The translations under genes and the position numbers were made by a program. Positions 1 through 13,632 of a DNA stretch of 64,000 bases are shown here, one piece after another. The notes beneath the pieces were generated by a model. It saw nothing but the letters and a program-made list of their open reading frames with translations, did no database searches and was not told where the DNA came from. Location: NCBI GenBank assembly GCA_964187785.1, contig OZ076409.1, positions 92,816,001-92,880,000 of the forward strand, read 5' to 3'. Source of the stretch: Amphiscolops sp. MND2022. Taxonomy: Eukaryota. The first letter of the stretch is position 1. Each line of letters begins with the position of its first letter.

Positions 1-3000
1 AACTATTCAGTGGCATTGAACCTCCTCCAAGGACGTTACGAGAAGCAGTGTATGATAACTGGTGCTCAATTCGTTTACCGAGACCGAGATGGCGCTGAAG
101 CTCTTGGCATTGGCTCGACAGAATGTGATTTTCTGTGGATTCATTATCTATCGGAAAAATTGGATACAATGACAGCGCGTGAATTGCAATTGAGTAACTA
201 AGATGGCAAATTGAAGACTCTAAAGGAATTTCGCCAATTTATCGACCAACGTGCAACCGCCCTCGAAGCGGTTCAGAAGTTGCAATCATTAAGTGTTTAA
301 CCGAAAGAAAGACAAAAAGAGACCAGTAACAGACAGAGTTATGCATTCACTTCAAAAGAATGTCCTGTTTGCAAGCAACCTCATCGCATCGTCCTTTGTC
401 CTAAGTTCACTTCCTCTGAGGTCTCTGTGCGGCGAGAAAGAATTGCGTCTCTGCTTCAATTGCCTCCGTGAAGGTCACGCTATCCGGAATTGTTCATCGG
501 AAACAGTCTGCCGCACATGTGGTCAAAAACATCACACTCTATTACATGACTCGAATTTGAAAATAACTGATTGCAGTGATACTTCAGAGTTTGCTGGTTA
601 CCAGAAAGACACCACCAAGTACACCCCATGCACCATGCTTTCGACAGCTATGGTATCCATTAGAAATAGTTTCGGCAAGCTGTTTCATGTCGCGCCCTAC
701 TCGATAATGGCTCGCAGATGAGTTTCATAACACAGACTTTGAAGTTATACAAAGAGAGAACCCAATTGAGTCTCAGTGGAATTTGTGGCATAACCACAAA
801 TAAGTGTACATCTCGTACAACACTCGACCTTGCCACGGATCAGGGGACCATCGAAGTCAAAGCCTATGTCCTGCAAACAATAACCGGTTGCATTCTCAGT
901 AAACCATTGGATATTTCGAGGTTAACCTCATTGATGCAATACTCATTGGCTGATCCGAATTTCAATACTTCTGCTTCTGTCGATCTTTTACTTGGTGCTG
1001 ACATCTGTGAAAAATTGAATATAAATCAACGGGAGGAGATATCCCCGGGTCTTTTCCTCCGCAAAACTTTTTTCGGCTGCGTCTTTGTTGGCCAACAAGA
1101 GTCGCTGACATCGATGGCGATTTTGAATTGTCATTTGTCGTTAGAAGAATCTTTAAAGAAAGTCAGGGAGATTGAAAACTTTCTATCGGAAACGTTTCAA
1201 TCCAAAGACTAAATCGAATGTAAGGTTCATTTCGAAGAAACTACCGGGATTGAAAATGATCGTTTTGTTGTGAAACTACCCATCAAAAATCATTCTTCTC
1301 TTGGTGATAGCCTCAGGCTGCCAAAAGCAAAGCGACGCTTCGAATCACTTGAGCGGCCTTTGGATCAAAATCCTGAATTGAATGAAAGGTACATAAGTTT
1401 CATTGATGAAGTTCTTTCTCTTAAACGTATGGAAGAAGTTCCGGAAAACGAAATTGTGAAGCCATCAACTGGAGTGTATCATCTACCGCATCAGTGTGTA
1501 CTCAAGGACAGTTCAACACCAATTTTCGCGTCGTCTTCGACGGCTCAACAAAAACAAGCAATGGATGCTCGCTAAACGACAACCTGCTGGTTGGTCCTGT
1601 TTTTCAAGATATTTTAATAGCCATCTTGACCCGCTTTTGCTTCAATACTGTTGCATTATTGGGAGACAGAGCTAAAATGTATCGACAAGTAGTTCTAGAT
1701 AATCCGGAGAAAGACTTCCATAGAATTCTCTGGCGTGAAAGTAAAGATGGACAACTTCGCCACTTGCGAATAAAAACGCGTGACATACGGAGAAGCCTAT
1801 TCCGCTTTCCATTCTTCTCGATGTTTAAAAGAGAGCGAATCGCACAGAATACTCGATTGTTAGAGATTGTGTGAATATATGCTTCTACGTCGAAGAATTT
1901 CTTGGCGGAGCCCCAACAATTGATGAAGCGAAAACTTTGTTAGAAAATCATGTTGAAGAACCTCGACGTTATGGTTTCGATTTGAGAAAATGGGCGTCAA
2001 GTCATATTGAACTAGTCTCGGAGCTGCCTGTCAAAATGAGAGAAAATGCTGACTCTCTGGAACTGTTTTCGGAAGAACACAGAATCAAAGCTGTTTGTAT
2101 TTCCTGGCATCCAAACACGGACAATTCCTTTTTCAAAGTAGATTTGGATGAAATCACGGAACCGAGTGGATGAAATGACTCGTCAAAAATCTTCGATCCT
2201 ATGGGTTGGGCATCGCATGTAATCATTCTTTTTAAAAGTCTTGTTCAGCGCACATGGGTGCAAGCTTTGTCATGGGATGGCAAACGTCCCGATGACCTGG
2301 TTGAGCAATGGTACAGAGTACGTAAGAAACTGGAGTATCTTAACACGATAAAAATTCCTCGTTGCGTTCTTCCTCCAAAAACAAGCGCATTTGATCTCCT
2401 TGTCTTCTGTGATGCCTCAAAGACGGCTTATGCGGCAGTGGTGTACATAAGAGCTCGAGATCCTAATGGTATTTCTCGTAAAATTTTGACTTCTAAAACT
2501 AAAGTTGCCCCCGTGAAAGCTCTCTTCATGCCTCGTCTGGAATTGTGCGCTGTCACTCCTGGGGGCCAATCTTACCCATTCTCTTTGTCAAGCACTTGAA
2601 GTGTCCTCGGTAACTGCTTGGACCGACTCTACAACCGCTCGTAATTGGCTTTCCAAGCTTCCCCGTACTTGGAATACGTTTGTTGCGAACAAAGTTGCAA
2701 CTCTGCAGAAAGAAATTCCACGCAATCAGTGGAAGTACATTCCAAGCAAGGACAATCCCGCTGACATGGCTTCACGTGGATTATCAGCTTCCAAGATTAT
2801 AGAAAATGAGCTTTCGTGAAATGGACCGGAGTGGTTATCAGCTGATGACACTGAATGGCCTCCGACGGACTCGACTGAAGAGACTCGTCTAGAGCAACGA
2901 GGGAATAAAAACATATGCACCGTTGTTACACATATTATGCCATTGAATATTGAACAATTCTCTTCCTTGCAGAAATTAAATCGCGTTTTCAGCTACGTTC

Positions 3001-4626
3001 GAAGGTTCATTGCGCAAATGAAAGTGCGGTGCGGTTCTAAATTCAATCTTCCGTACAAGTATCAGACAGCTTTAGTGCTATTGCACTTGAAGAAGCCTCT
3101 TATCGATTAGTGTCTTATGAATAACAAAAGCTATTGAAGAAAGAATTTTCGTTATTCAGCACGGACACGAGCTTCCCAAAAACAGTCTCCACATAAGCAT
3201 TTGACCCTTCTTTGACAAAGACTTCAAGGTGATTCGAGTAGGAGGTCGCCTTTCAAACTCTGATTACGACTCTTAGAAAAAGTTTCGTTTCTCCGAAAAC
3301 CTCCTCGCTCGTTCCGCTAAACATTAGATATATTCATGAAGCAACTCTTCATGGCGGTGGTAGTATGAATCTTGCGGCTCTCTGAGAAACATATTGGATC
3401 ATAGGAGTCAGAACAATGATCAGAAAACTCATCAAAAATTGTATCAAATGTTGTCGTTTTTCCTTCAAGTCAACAACGCAACAAATGACCGATCTGCCAC
3501 TTGAGCGGATAACACCATCCCGACCATTTTCGCAAAGTGGGTCACATTTCCCAGGAGCTTTGAAAGTCAAATGTTCCGGAAAAGTATATATCGCTCTTTT
3601 TGTGTGTCTGTCAACTAAAGCCGTGCACATGGAACTTGTCGGTGAATTATCAAAGGGACTAACTTCATTGGGGCAAGGAATGATCTTCTCAAATTGAGTG
3701 TAGTATTTGAATCAAAAAACAAAGATTCAGTGGTTTCCTTTGCAGAACAACGAGGAACGGAATGGGTAACAATTCCACCAAGAGCTCCTCATTTTGGCGG
3801 TATATGAGAAGCATCAGTGAAAAGCATGAGACATCATCGGTACACAAATCCTCCACTTCGAAGAGCTTTCTAGTATCTTATGTCAAATCGAAGCAGTCTT
3901 GAACTTCAGACCCTTAGTCCCTCTTTTTAGTGACCCAAATGACTTGCAAGTGATTACACCGTATCATTTTTTAATTGGAGGATCTCCGAACGAACCCGAC
4001 AGACGAAAATTAAAAATTCCACTCAACTGTCGCTACAGACTTCTCCAGCAGATCCAAAAGGACTTCTGGAAAATGTGGAAGAAAGATTATCTGGGCTCAC
4101 TTTCGATAAGGAAAAAAGGGCGCAGTGTTCCGCTAATCTCAAAATTGGGACCTAGTTCTACTGGCAGACGATGATTGTCGTGCAATGCAATGGAAAATTG
4201 GTCGGATTAAAGAAGTATTTACCGGAAAGGATGAACTTGTACGAGTTGTTAAAGTGAAAACTCATCAATGGAATTTAATCCGGCCAATAGTAAAACTTCG
4301 AAAACTCCCAATCTCTTGTTGACTTTAACGCGCCCTAACTAACAATATTTTTAATTATACTGATCAAGGAGTGCGGTATGTTGAATGTCATTTTGAACTA
4401 AATTGAATCTAAAAAAACTTGTTCACGCATCTCAAAGTTGTCAAGTCTCAAATATTTTGTTCTGAACTATTCTGCCGCCGTTTTAATGTTTGTTCGCAAT
4501 TTGGTCTGAATTAAATTTTGAAACCCGTTCTAGTTGAAGTTTGACTTCCACCCTTCATGATTTGAGCTATCTAGCTATAGCACGATTTAACACTTCAGCA
4601 GAGCTGTCTCGCCACAGCATACTACA
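1..4626 (+). mobile_element. Decayed BEL/Pao LTR retrotransposon (5' part lies outside the window)
   Basis: Fragmented ORFs in BEL order: gag Cys/His knuckles (CFNCLREGH..C, CRTCGQKHHTLLH), protease region (LADPNF..VDLLLGAD), RT (YHLPH, RVVFDGS, SLNDNLLVGP, KMYRQV), RNase H (FCDAS..AYAAVVY, SKTKVAP..PRLEL, WTDS, NPADMASRG), integrase (QMTDLPLERI, KAVHMELV, LNFRPL, TPYHFLIG, FWKMWKKDYL). Many stops and frameshifts. Confidence 0.93.
4379..4626 (+). repeat. Probable 3' LTR of the BEL/Pao element
   Basis: TGTTG start directly after purine-rich AAGGAGTGCGGTA, downstream of the integrase end. The ...ACA end is estimated because the 5' LTR is not in the window. Confidence 0.5.
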
Positions 4627-5703
4627 AACAAAGCCATCAAATGAAAGAACTAGGAAAAATAACATTACAGAGTGGTGATATTTCATATTCCTATCTATTG
4701 TAACTGGTATTCAAGTATTTTTCTCACAATTACTTTATCGTTAGCCCAGCCTACCCCACCAACCTCCGTCATTTCTCCTCCCCACACTAACTTTGCAACT
4801 GCCAACAACAATCACTGATCGAAATCTGTCACAAATTTTGACCGCTGCCAGTAAAGATCATTTTCCAGAGTGGGAATTGGACCAGTACGACAATGAGGAA
4901 TGCATTGGGTTTCAATAGATGGATCATATCAGATGTACCATTGACTCCATTCCACATTCGAACGATACAAAACCAAATCACCTGACAATCGTTGTGACGT
5001 GGACAAAAGCAAAACAAAACACATTTGCTATCTGCAAAAAAATGAACAGAGAAACCTCAAGCGCTTTAGAAAGTTAAGTTTGACGATCTCAGCATGTATT
5101 TTCTGCTCGTCAATTCTCCTCCGCTGACAATTCACAAAAGCTCAAAAATTATTGCTTACTCAGCTTTGGTTGAGGGTTTCCGCTCGTTGAACAATTAGCA
5201 TGAGGTATCCAGCGCGGGTCGGCTGATTTAGGTCGTGCAACACGTTCTCCAAACATTGAAAAAGCTTCATTTCTTGAACATTTTGGAGAAAAAAGGAAGC
5301 TGCTCAACACAAATTGAATTCAAGTAGCTGAGTAGTATTTGTTGAAAGACCGTCTTAACGATTGTATACAAATAAAGAACACTGGGATGTTTGCCGTGTA
5401 AATGAATGTTTCTCTGCCCAATAAAATATTTCACAATCTATTGTTTTTCCAAAATATTGCAGGACAATAAATACAATATATTTATTGCTGAAATTGAATA
5501 AAAATATATTTATTTTTTTGAAAAATTATATTTAAATACAATATTTAACACCCCTGCTCCTAGAGCCAACTCGACACAGCTTATAACAGAAAAAGTTATG
5601 CTAAAAAAGTCAGACAAGAGCTTTTAAACTTTTTCATGTCAACAATTTGACAAACTTGCATTTGATCGTTCAAAACCTAGGAGACAATTTTGACAATTCC
5701 GGT

Positions 5704-5811
5704 ATTCACTAAGCTTTTCGCTTCCTATTAATTTCGATAGTGTAGTCTTTCTTTATATATAAAGAAAGACTACACTATCGAAATTAATAGGAAGCGAAAA
5801 GCTTAGTGAAT
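5704..5811. repeat. 108-bp perfect palindrome with no loop
   Basis: ATTCACTAAGCTTTTCGC...CTTTATA|TATAAAG...GCGAAAAGCTTAGTGAAT; the arms are exact reverse complements centred at 5757/5758. Confidence 0.95.
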
Positions 5812-7235
5812 TTCTCCCTTAATAGTCTTTCACTTCTATAGTCCGTTTAAAATGCATATTAAATGAAATTTTATTTATATTCTGCAATAATTTTTTTGCG
5901 CAATATATTGTAGAGCTCTGACAATATTTGCCTTATTTCAATAAATATATTTTGTATTTTTGCTCCAACTAAATAAATATATTAATTGTATTTAATTGCA
6001 ATATATTGCAATACAATATAAATTTTTACACTTCTGTCTATGGGCTAAACTCATTGCGTGATGAAAGGAAATTAATGTTTAAATAAAGTTCCACTCTAAC
6101 AAAATGGCTGTTTTTATCCACGGACCGGAGTTTTGTTCGGCTCCAAATTCAAAACTTTACTTGTGCCAATTTGCAATCAAGTTTGTACATAAACTTATGA
6201 TTTTTCTGGAAAAAAAACTAGCTGAAATTAGAATTTTACGTTTGTATAAGTTAAAACCTCAATGAAATATTTATACCATGAAATTCTACATATCTGCTTC
6301 GGAAACAAAATTTTCGAGAAAACAGAAAATGCTACAATGTTTAAATAATTCCAATGGTCATACTAAAATAATAAATGATCGAGCATTGATTAAAAACCTC
6401 TGTAGAATTTTAAAAGAAAAACAAAAAACAAAAACATCAGTACGTGGAACTACTGACTGTAATAGCTAGTGGCAGAAACTGGAAAATTGAGCTTAGTTCC
6501 ACCAATAAATTAAGCTTCAATTTTCACATTGTTTTTATGCTTAGCACATAAAATCGCAATCTCTATTCGATTTGAAGTGGAGCAATTTGATTGGCTACAA
6601 GGAAGATTTTCAAATTTTGTTCTTCACCTAGCAAAGAATTGTATTGTTCAAGCCAATTTTACAGTTTTTCCTTGAGAAAAATTTCCAAAAGTGGACCAAA
6701 CAAAGACCAAACCGTCCCAAAGTTAGCCCATCATGGCAACGGTCAATGAAGTTTTAGATGTGGATGAACAATATAGTGAGTACCTTTTGAATACTGAAAG
6801 CAACAATATATACCGATAGGCCTTGAAACTCGCATATATTCAACCATTTTGAGGAGAATATATACAGTTATTTTGAATACTTTGAATAGCAACGGAATCC
6901 AAATCCAAGTTGTTCACGTCCAGATTTGTTTTGGTAATTTTGAGAAAAAGCCGGGAATGGCCTAAGTAGGCTCAAAATTTTCCTACGATTCTTTTGGAAA
7001 AAATTTCAGAATTCCGAAAAATACCCAAGGTTTCGGTCTTTGTTGAAATTATAGTTCACGTGAAATTAAGAAGTAATCAAAAGAGGACCCTTTGATTGCT
7101 TTCTAGATGTTAGGCAGAAGTAAAATTTAAATGACACCCGCTTGCCAACAGGATATTTTTCGTTCGAACTGTTCTAGGAACATATTTTTGAGGCCCAAGA
7201 GTAACCAATACACTATGAAAGTGCTTAGAAGTTTA

Positions 7236-7913
7236 AACAAGCCGGGACCGGCCCAAGTCGGCGCCATATCCAAGGCTCAAAAATAGCAAAAAGACTTCCA
7301 AGTGTCAAGTATTCTTTTACAGTACTCGAAAATCGAAAATTTTTTTTTGAAAAAGTTACATACTAAAAAAATGGACCGAGTGGCGCGCCGGGGCTCGCTA
7401 GCGCGAGCCCCTGGCGCGCTAAAGTCTCACAATGCCGAAAAACTGAAAGGGGGGACCCTTTGAGGTTTTTCAACATCCATTCTGTCGCAAAACATGAAAA
7501 AATTGAAGAAAAAATTTTTTTTCATTTTCGGGAAAAAAATCTCACAATGCCGAAAAAACTGAAAGGGGGGACCCTTTGAGGTTTTTCAACATCCATTCTG
7601 TCGCAAAACATCAAAAAAATGCAGGGGGGACCCTTTGGGGAAAAAACATTTCGAAAAAAAATTTCCGAAAAAAATGTCTCGCAGTGCCGAAAAAAATTGA
7701 AAGGGGGGACTCTTTGGTCTCGCCCGGTTTGGTATGTTACGCGGAAAAACAGGTAAAACCATTTTGGTTCAGTTCGCTAGACCAAATAGTGCATTTTGGT
7801 GCAATAATATTTTGTAGAACTTTTGTAGAACTATTTTGGTCAGTTCGTGTGGATAGAAAAAAAAAGAGTCACTATAATAGTCGCGTTTCACTTCATGAAG
7901 CGCCGACTAAAAA
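7236..7913. mobile_element. Interspersed non-autonomous repeat, Helentron/HINE (DINE-1)-like architecture, copy 1
   Basis: Starts AACAAGCCGGGACCGGCCCAAGTCGGCGC and ends GCGCCGACTAAAAA (subterminal inverted repeat plus terminal stem-loop). Has an internal ~125-bp tandem duplication. A second copy is at 29998-30423. Family assignment is inference from structure. Confidence 0.6.
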
Positions 7914-9138
7914 ATCAAACTTGATTAATGTCATCCCATTTTGAGAGGTAACGTTCACTTCAAGAAAAAAAATGTGAGTTTTTCTATTATCTTGGGGCAC
8001 TTTACGGCTCTTTTCTGACGTAAAACTGCAATTGACTTTCAAAAAACCTACTGGTTAACGCGTTTGTTTGCGTTAAATATTTTCAACCTTCTAACAAAAG
8101 AAGTTTTACGAAAACTTTACAGAATATTAGGAAATCAAAATTCGGAAACTTTTTGGATTTCCGACTTTTTCTGAAATATTGTCCTTTGAAAGGCGTACTT
8201 TGATGAATCGTCTGGATCTTTTAGAACAATCTAACTTACCAAAAGTTTCACAGACAATCACTAAAAGTGTCAAAAACTGGAAATTCCAGATATGTTCGAC
8301 TTTTTGCGATCATTTTGAGGCTTTTTCCAAACAAAATGATGCAAATATCAGGGACTCATCAGCGACTTGCAAGTGTTTTTGAACTCAAGTGCTTTTGAAC
8401 AACATTGCAACTCTCTCGTCAAGAAAGACGACTGCATAGCTAGTTTGCTCATCTTTGAAGGTTTTGATCCTTCTATCCCACAAAACTCTTCAAAATTTGT
8501 ACACATTTCACAAGAAAAACGATATAAACAGGAAAACTTTATCAAATTGAAGCATAATTTTGATGAAGACCTGCAATTATCTTTACGAGAAGCCCACTGG
8601 ACAACAAACTCAATTGTTATTGAACGGTTCCAAATTTGTAATCCACGAAATTACTCGAAAGTTCACAAATCACAAAAGTGGCGTAAAAAATTAAAAATTG
8701 TGAAACAAAACTTTTACGAAAAGCATACAAAATTTCCACGGTAAAACTGAATTCAAAACTTTGGAATTTGCTATATTTTGGACAGTTTTCGTGTGAATTC
8801 GAGACTTTTGCCAAACACAGATCTGCAAATATCTCCTCCAAAAAACCAACTGGATAATGACTGCAATCGTTACTGGGCATTTACATTGTTGTTATCTTCG
8901 GAATGTTTCAATGTGTTTAAATTTTGAACTTGGCAAATTTTCGAGACAAAAAAAGTGAATCTTTAGTATCCGTAAATAGTTTTTCCAAGTAGGCGTTGCT
9001 TGAAAAGCAAGGTGTAAGGCAGCTAGAAAAAAGTTCCGAATAGTGACTGGGCTCAATTTTGATAAAAGGACTAGATAATGTTTTCTTGAACCCTATGGCC
9101 CTATGGTGCTACAAACAAACATCTTCTGGATATGATGT

Positions 9139-9246
9139 TCATCTTCTGGGGATTATTGCTTCGTGGGGCGATCAGTTACATACAATATAGCTTAAACAAT
9201 ATTGTATGTAACTGATCGCCCACGAAGCAATCATCTCCAGAAATGA
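9139..9246. repeat. Long imperfect inverted repeat (hairpin)
   Basis: ATTGCTTCGTGGGGCGATCAGTTACATACAATAT, short spacer, then ATATTGTATGTAACTGATCGCCCACGAAGCAAT, with further imperfect pairing outward. Confidence 0.85.
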
Positions 9247-9462
9247 TTAATTGTTTGTTGGGGTAGCGGTCTCAGATACGGTTGGAGTTAATAATACACG
9301 CAACTACATTTTTAAATGGTGCCTACGTTTTTTGAAACATTTTAGCTCGTATATATAAACTAAATTTTGATTAACGTGCCTGAAGACGCGTCTTATATTA
9401 GCAGAGACGCGGTAGTTGACAGAATGACCTGAAATTTTGACCTTCAGTTTGAACTCACTGCT

Positions 9463-10257
9463 TGTACGGACAAAAGCGCCCCAGTCAAAAGCGCCCGTCT
9501 CACACAGTCATGAGCACCCCAGTCAAAAGCACCCACATCAAAAGCACCCACATCAAATAAATTGAAAACAACTCAAACTGCCAACTTCGACATTTCTGAA
9601 CAAACTAAATTAATTTCTCAATGAAGAATTTTGTGAAAGCATTGTTTTAAAATGAAAAACTAATAATTAGGGCAACCCAAAGTCAATACAGTCAAAATAA
9701 GTCAAAAAAGTCAAAATCTTTGACGTTATGCAGATTTCATGAAGACGCCGTTCTAATTTTGAAAGCAGCTGAGACCTTCATCAATTTTACCGCAAATAAT
9801 TTTCAGTCACATTGTAAGTTTCAAAGTAGCGTGATATTCAGCGTGCTATTCGACTAATGGTGTTTACATAAGGTAGTGCTTGAGAAACACGCGTGAAAAC
9901 AAAGTGATCGCGGTGGTGAAGAAGTGGAATTGTTTTCAGTTTTAACTTAAATAGTGAAAGCTGCATAGTAATCCTACAAAATGTTTCCATGCATGGTCCC
10001 TGAATTTTCCATGTTTTATAAAAAAATTAGCCGGCATTTTTTGAAGGTGCCTGTAAAACGTCGCGGCAACTTCGATTAGGGTAGTCGGACCTATTCTCTC
10101 TACTAAAAACGATCGTATATGAAGTACGAAAGCACCTTGTTCTGATGCTTAATTTTGTTTTTACTATAAAGTCAATATAAATTCAAATTTTTTGCCATTT
10201 ATTGAAGGTATCAATCAAAATTAGGAAGTTCTAAAAGTCAAAAGTGGGTTGCCTTAC
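9463..10257. mobile_element. Left part of a non-autonomous TIR element interrupted by Gypsy A
   Basis: GACAAAAGCGCCCCAGTCAAAAGCGCCC repeats at ~9470-9550 are inverted relative to GGGCGCTTTTGACTGG..GGGGCGCTTTTGTC at ~29666-29710. Confidence 0.6.
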
Positions 10258-12494
10258 TGTCGAGCCCCACCGTGTGGGCCGGCTTTGAAGGACCTTTCGA
10301 GGTTGACTGTCGGTTTTCGGTGTCTGTCTTACTTATGACAGCCATCATTAAGTCCTTCAGTTGACTGAACTCATTCTGTAGTTCGTTTATCTTTCTCTCA
10401 TAACTCTCTTTTATTTCAGATAACTGAGACGAGATATCAGAAACCTCGTTGCTATCAGAGTCATTGGCAGAAGACTGTGCCATGTCTGGGTCCGTTTGAA
10501 CAGGTGTTTCTAAAGAGGAACTAATAACTCTTCCGCTTCTGAGTTCGGTGCCTAGATCTGGGTTCATAGAGGTGGGAGAAAAGGAATTATGAGTGAAGAC
10601 TGGATTCTGGATGATTTTTCGATGTATTTTACTATTTTATGCTGTTATTCGAACTCAAATTCACTATTTCTGAACTTGAGATGTAAATGCGATGAGTTTT
10701 ACAGTAAGACAAGGATACTAGTAAAGAATGAGAAATAGTTAACGAGGATTAGGTAGAGTTCATCCAAATTTCATCGAACAGATATCAATCAAGAAATTAC
10801 TCAGAGTTGTGGAGGTAGCGTTATTTACGATGAATAAGAGATATGTTTTCTAGTTCAAATCTGTCGTAATTCGTCCAACTGGACAGTAGCTAATCGCAAT
10901 TTCGGTCTGAGTAATCTCTAATGGCGGTCCAAAATTCAGCAGTTCACGTGTCTTTTCAGGCTGGTAAGACGCTAAATCTCTTACCAGCCGACTCTTATTG
11001 GCTGTTGCCAGTTGGTGCTAATTGGTAAGTCACGTGACCGGTGTTGTGAACTGCCGCAAGTTGGCCAAACCACATGGTACATTTACATATATTCATTATG
11101 ACTAATCATCACTTTACAATGTCGCAATTGCCTGCACACAGCGCCATGGTTTCTATAGCAACTCAAATCATTCAATAATGTACTAATTTCAAGTCAAAAC
11201 AGAGTAAACTGCATCACAGGATGAGAAAACGATGTTTTTCCAACTAATTCTAGCACTAAAATCAATACTTCAAAACCAAAGATGGAAACGCGATGAATTC
11301 GTCAGAATATTTGCTGATTTTCAAGTCTAGTTTAGCTCTGGATGAAAATGCGATGAATGGTGGTCTTTTAGCTCGAAAATCAACACGATATGAACTGACG
11401 ATGATAAAAGGATGAACTCGTCTTCAAAATGAATGATTTCCAGCACAATTTAAATCAACGATGGTAAAAGGATGAACTCTCCTCGAAAATAACTAATTTC
11501 CAGCACTAGTGAAATTGGCGATGAATTCAGGATGAATTCAGCCAATAAAACAGGTGAAACAGCTAATTCTGCAGTAAAGACAAATATACGATGACTTTAG
11601 GATGAAGACATTCAGTAAAACAGCAAAATCTAATGAATCGAATTCCAACGATGAGTTTAGGATGAACTCAACTGAAAACTCGACTAATTCTAGCGCAAGT
11701 TGAACTAGCGATGAATTTATGATGAATTAGTGATGAGTTAATCTAATAAAACAGATATCCAGCACTTCACTCTTTTTAGGATGAATTAAGGATGTACTTT
11801 CTCATTCCTTGTAGTTACTAGTCAGGACGATGAAATATAGATGCGTTATGCTCTTTTTAAGAAATGAGAAGCACATTGAAGGTTAATAATCACAAAACGA
11901 CGATGAGTATAGGATGGTTTTCATGCATTTTAAAGTCCCGTGAGATCCGCTGATGGATCACTAGATGAAATCAAATAAATGTCCCAAATTTTGTTCACCC
12001 GCAATCTTGGCGATGTGATTGCGATGAACCTTGATAATATAGCACTGTGATTTCACTAATAGATCAAGTTGTAGGATCACTAAGTCCGCTGATGGATTAG
12101 TGATGAACTTTTCTGAAAATCGTCACGACTACAAGTCCTGAGGCGAGGGAGCTAGTAGAAGTTACATATTCCATTATTTCTACATCTTTCGGTCCAGTCT
12201 GACCGGAAAACTTCTCTCCCTTGTCGTGACAAACCAATATTGAATAAGATAGCACGTTAAAAGCCATTTGGCAAGATCATTTGTGCGGACACCGGAACTA
12301 GAGCGCTCAGTATTAAATAAATATATATAGCTCAAACTCAGGGGGGGTAGGGATTAAGGTACAAGTAACGTAGGGTTGCTCACAACCATGGCTCTTATTA
12401 TATGACATCATATTGCCCATATCTAAGTACATAAGACATAATATTTACATTACAAATATTTAGTAGATTATATTTCCATCATGCTGGCATGACA
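10258..12494 (-). repeat. 3' LTR of element A
   Basis: Direct repeat of 27328-29564. Only 2 substitutions noticed by eye (10823/27893 and 11492/28562). Confidence 0.98.
11220..12105. repeat. Degenerate ~60-bp tandem array of GATG-N7-GATG motifs in LTR A (also 28290-29175)
   Basis: GATGAGAAAACGATG, GATGGAAACGCGATG, GATGATAAAAGGATG, GATGAATTCAGGATG, GATGACTTTAGGATG, GATGAGTTTAGGATG and others, about 15 units. Confidence 0.9.
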
Positions 12495-12500
12495 CTCCCC
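12495..12500 (-). promoter_or_regulatory. Short polypurine tract (GGGGAG) of element A
   Basis: Minus strand reads ...CCCCGGGGAG|TGTCATG directly before the 3' LTR; element B has the same GGGGAG end. Confidence 0.75.
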
Positions 12501-13632
12501 GGGGCGGGATTTGGACTGAGAGTGCAGGGGCCAAATGTGCAGAGGATGGTTGTCTCGGCGTTGGCTTCGACTGGTCCTTCGTTTGGTTAGGGAGAAAATG
12601 GCCTTCGTTAGTTCTGAATTGGCATGTCCTTCGTTTGTTCTGTCCTGTGAGAGCTTCTCTGAGAAGAGGACCTTCGGTAATCGTCTTTTCTGGCATCATC
12701 CTGGGTGATTTCGGTTAAAATTTTTCGACGCGGCAACTCTAATTCTTGGTCCATCGAATGTCCGCTGATCTGCATTTTATTGGTTGTCATGCTTTTGACG
12801 GGAGTTTCGGCTGGTTATTTTCGGTAAAAGCTGATTTCTCGAAGAAAAGTTTCCCTCCAAAACGCTTACGCTGAGTAAACAATTCGATTAGCTTCACTGA
12901 CAAATTGGCGAAGAGTCGGGGATGAATGAACGATGAATTATTTGCTCAGCGAGACATCAATGCTGTTTTTAGCGGAATGGCTGGCGCCGTTGCTTTGTTT
13001 ACTCGCGATGGAAAGGAGATGAATCGTTGTCATAGCAACTGTCAAAAGTTACTTCCGCTGCTCGACTTTGAGTGAAATGAGAAAGAGATGAATTCGTCGC
13101 CATAGCAACTGTTGCTCGATCTGATTGGCTGAGACTGGATTTATAACTGAAGGAAATTACAACCGGTTGTAAACAGCATTGTCATCCATAAATCATCCTC
13201 CATTCAAGTCGGTTTGAAAATCGCCACGATTTCCTTTGCGCGTTTCCGCTCAACTCCGTCGGTATTGATCTGAGACTGGCAGCTGTCAACAAATCAAATA
13301 CTTGAAGTTTTTTGTCAAGTGTTAGGAGGGGACGATCCGTTTTCAGAGAAAGCTTGAGTTGGCTGTACTGGGAAGAAAAGTGATGTCAGTATTTGAAATC
13401 GGAGAGTTTTTCATCGATTTTTCATCTTCTGAATTCAAGTATTTGATTAACATGGCATTCAAGCTGCGTCGCGCTCTTTGAAATCTTCTATTGAATTTGT
13501 TCTTCCGTAATCATGGTTGATCAGGCCATTTAATTACTGATCAAATTCTCTGTTCCTGAATTCTTCGATTTCTTTCCTTCTTTCACCTTCTTCCATTCTT
13601 TTCAGATTGTTTGTTTTGCAATTCACTTCGAG

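Noticed and set aside
4829..5030. Cys-rich minus-strand segment as a possible host exon
   Set aside because: Too short, and no partner exons could be linked with confidence.
10238..10567. 109-aa ORF (and 32598-33275, 225 aa) as independent genes
   Set aside because: They are the gag N-terminal frames duplicated in the 3' LTRs, running into flanking DNA.
11220..12105. CRISPR-like repeat-spacer periodicity
   Set aside because: Only two tetramers are conserved per unit, the array lies in a eukaryotic LTR, and there are no cas genes.
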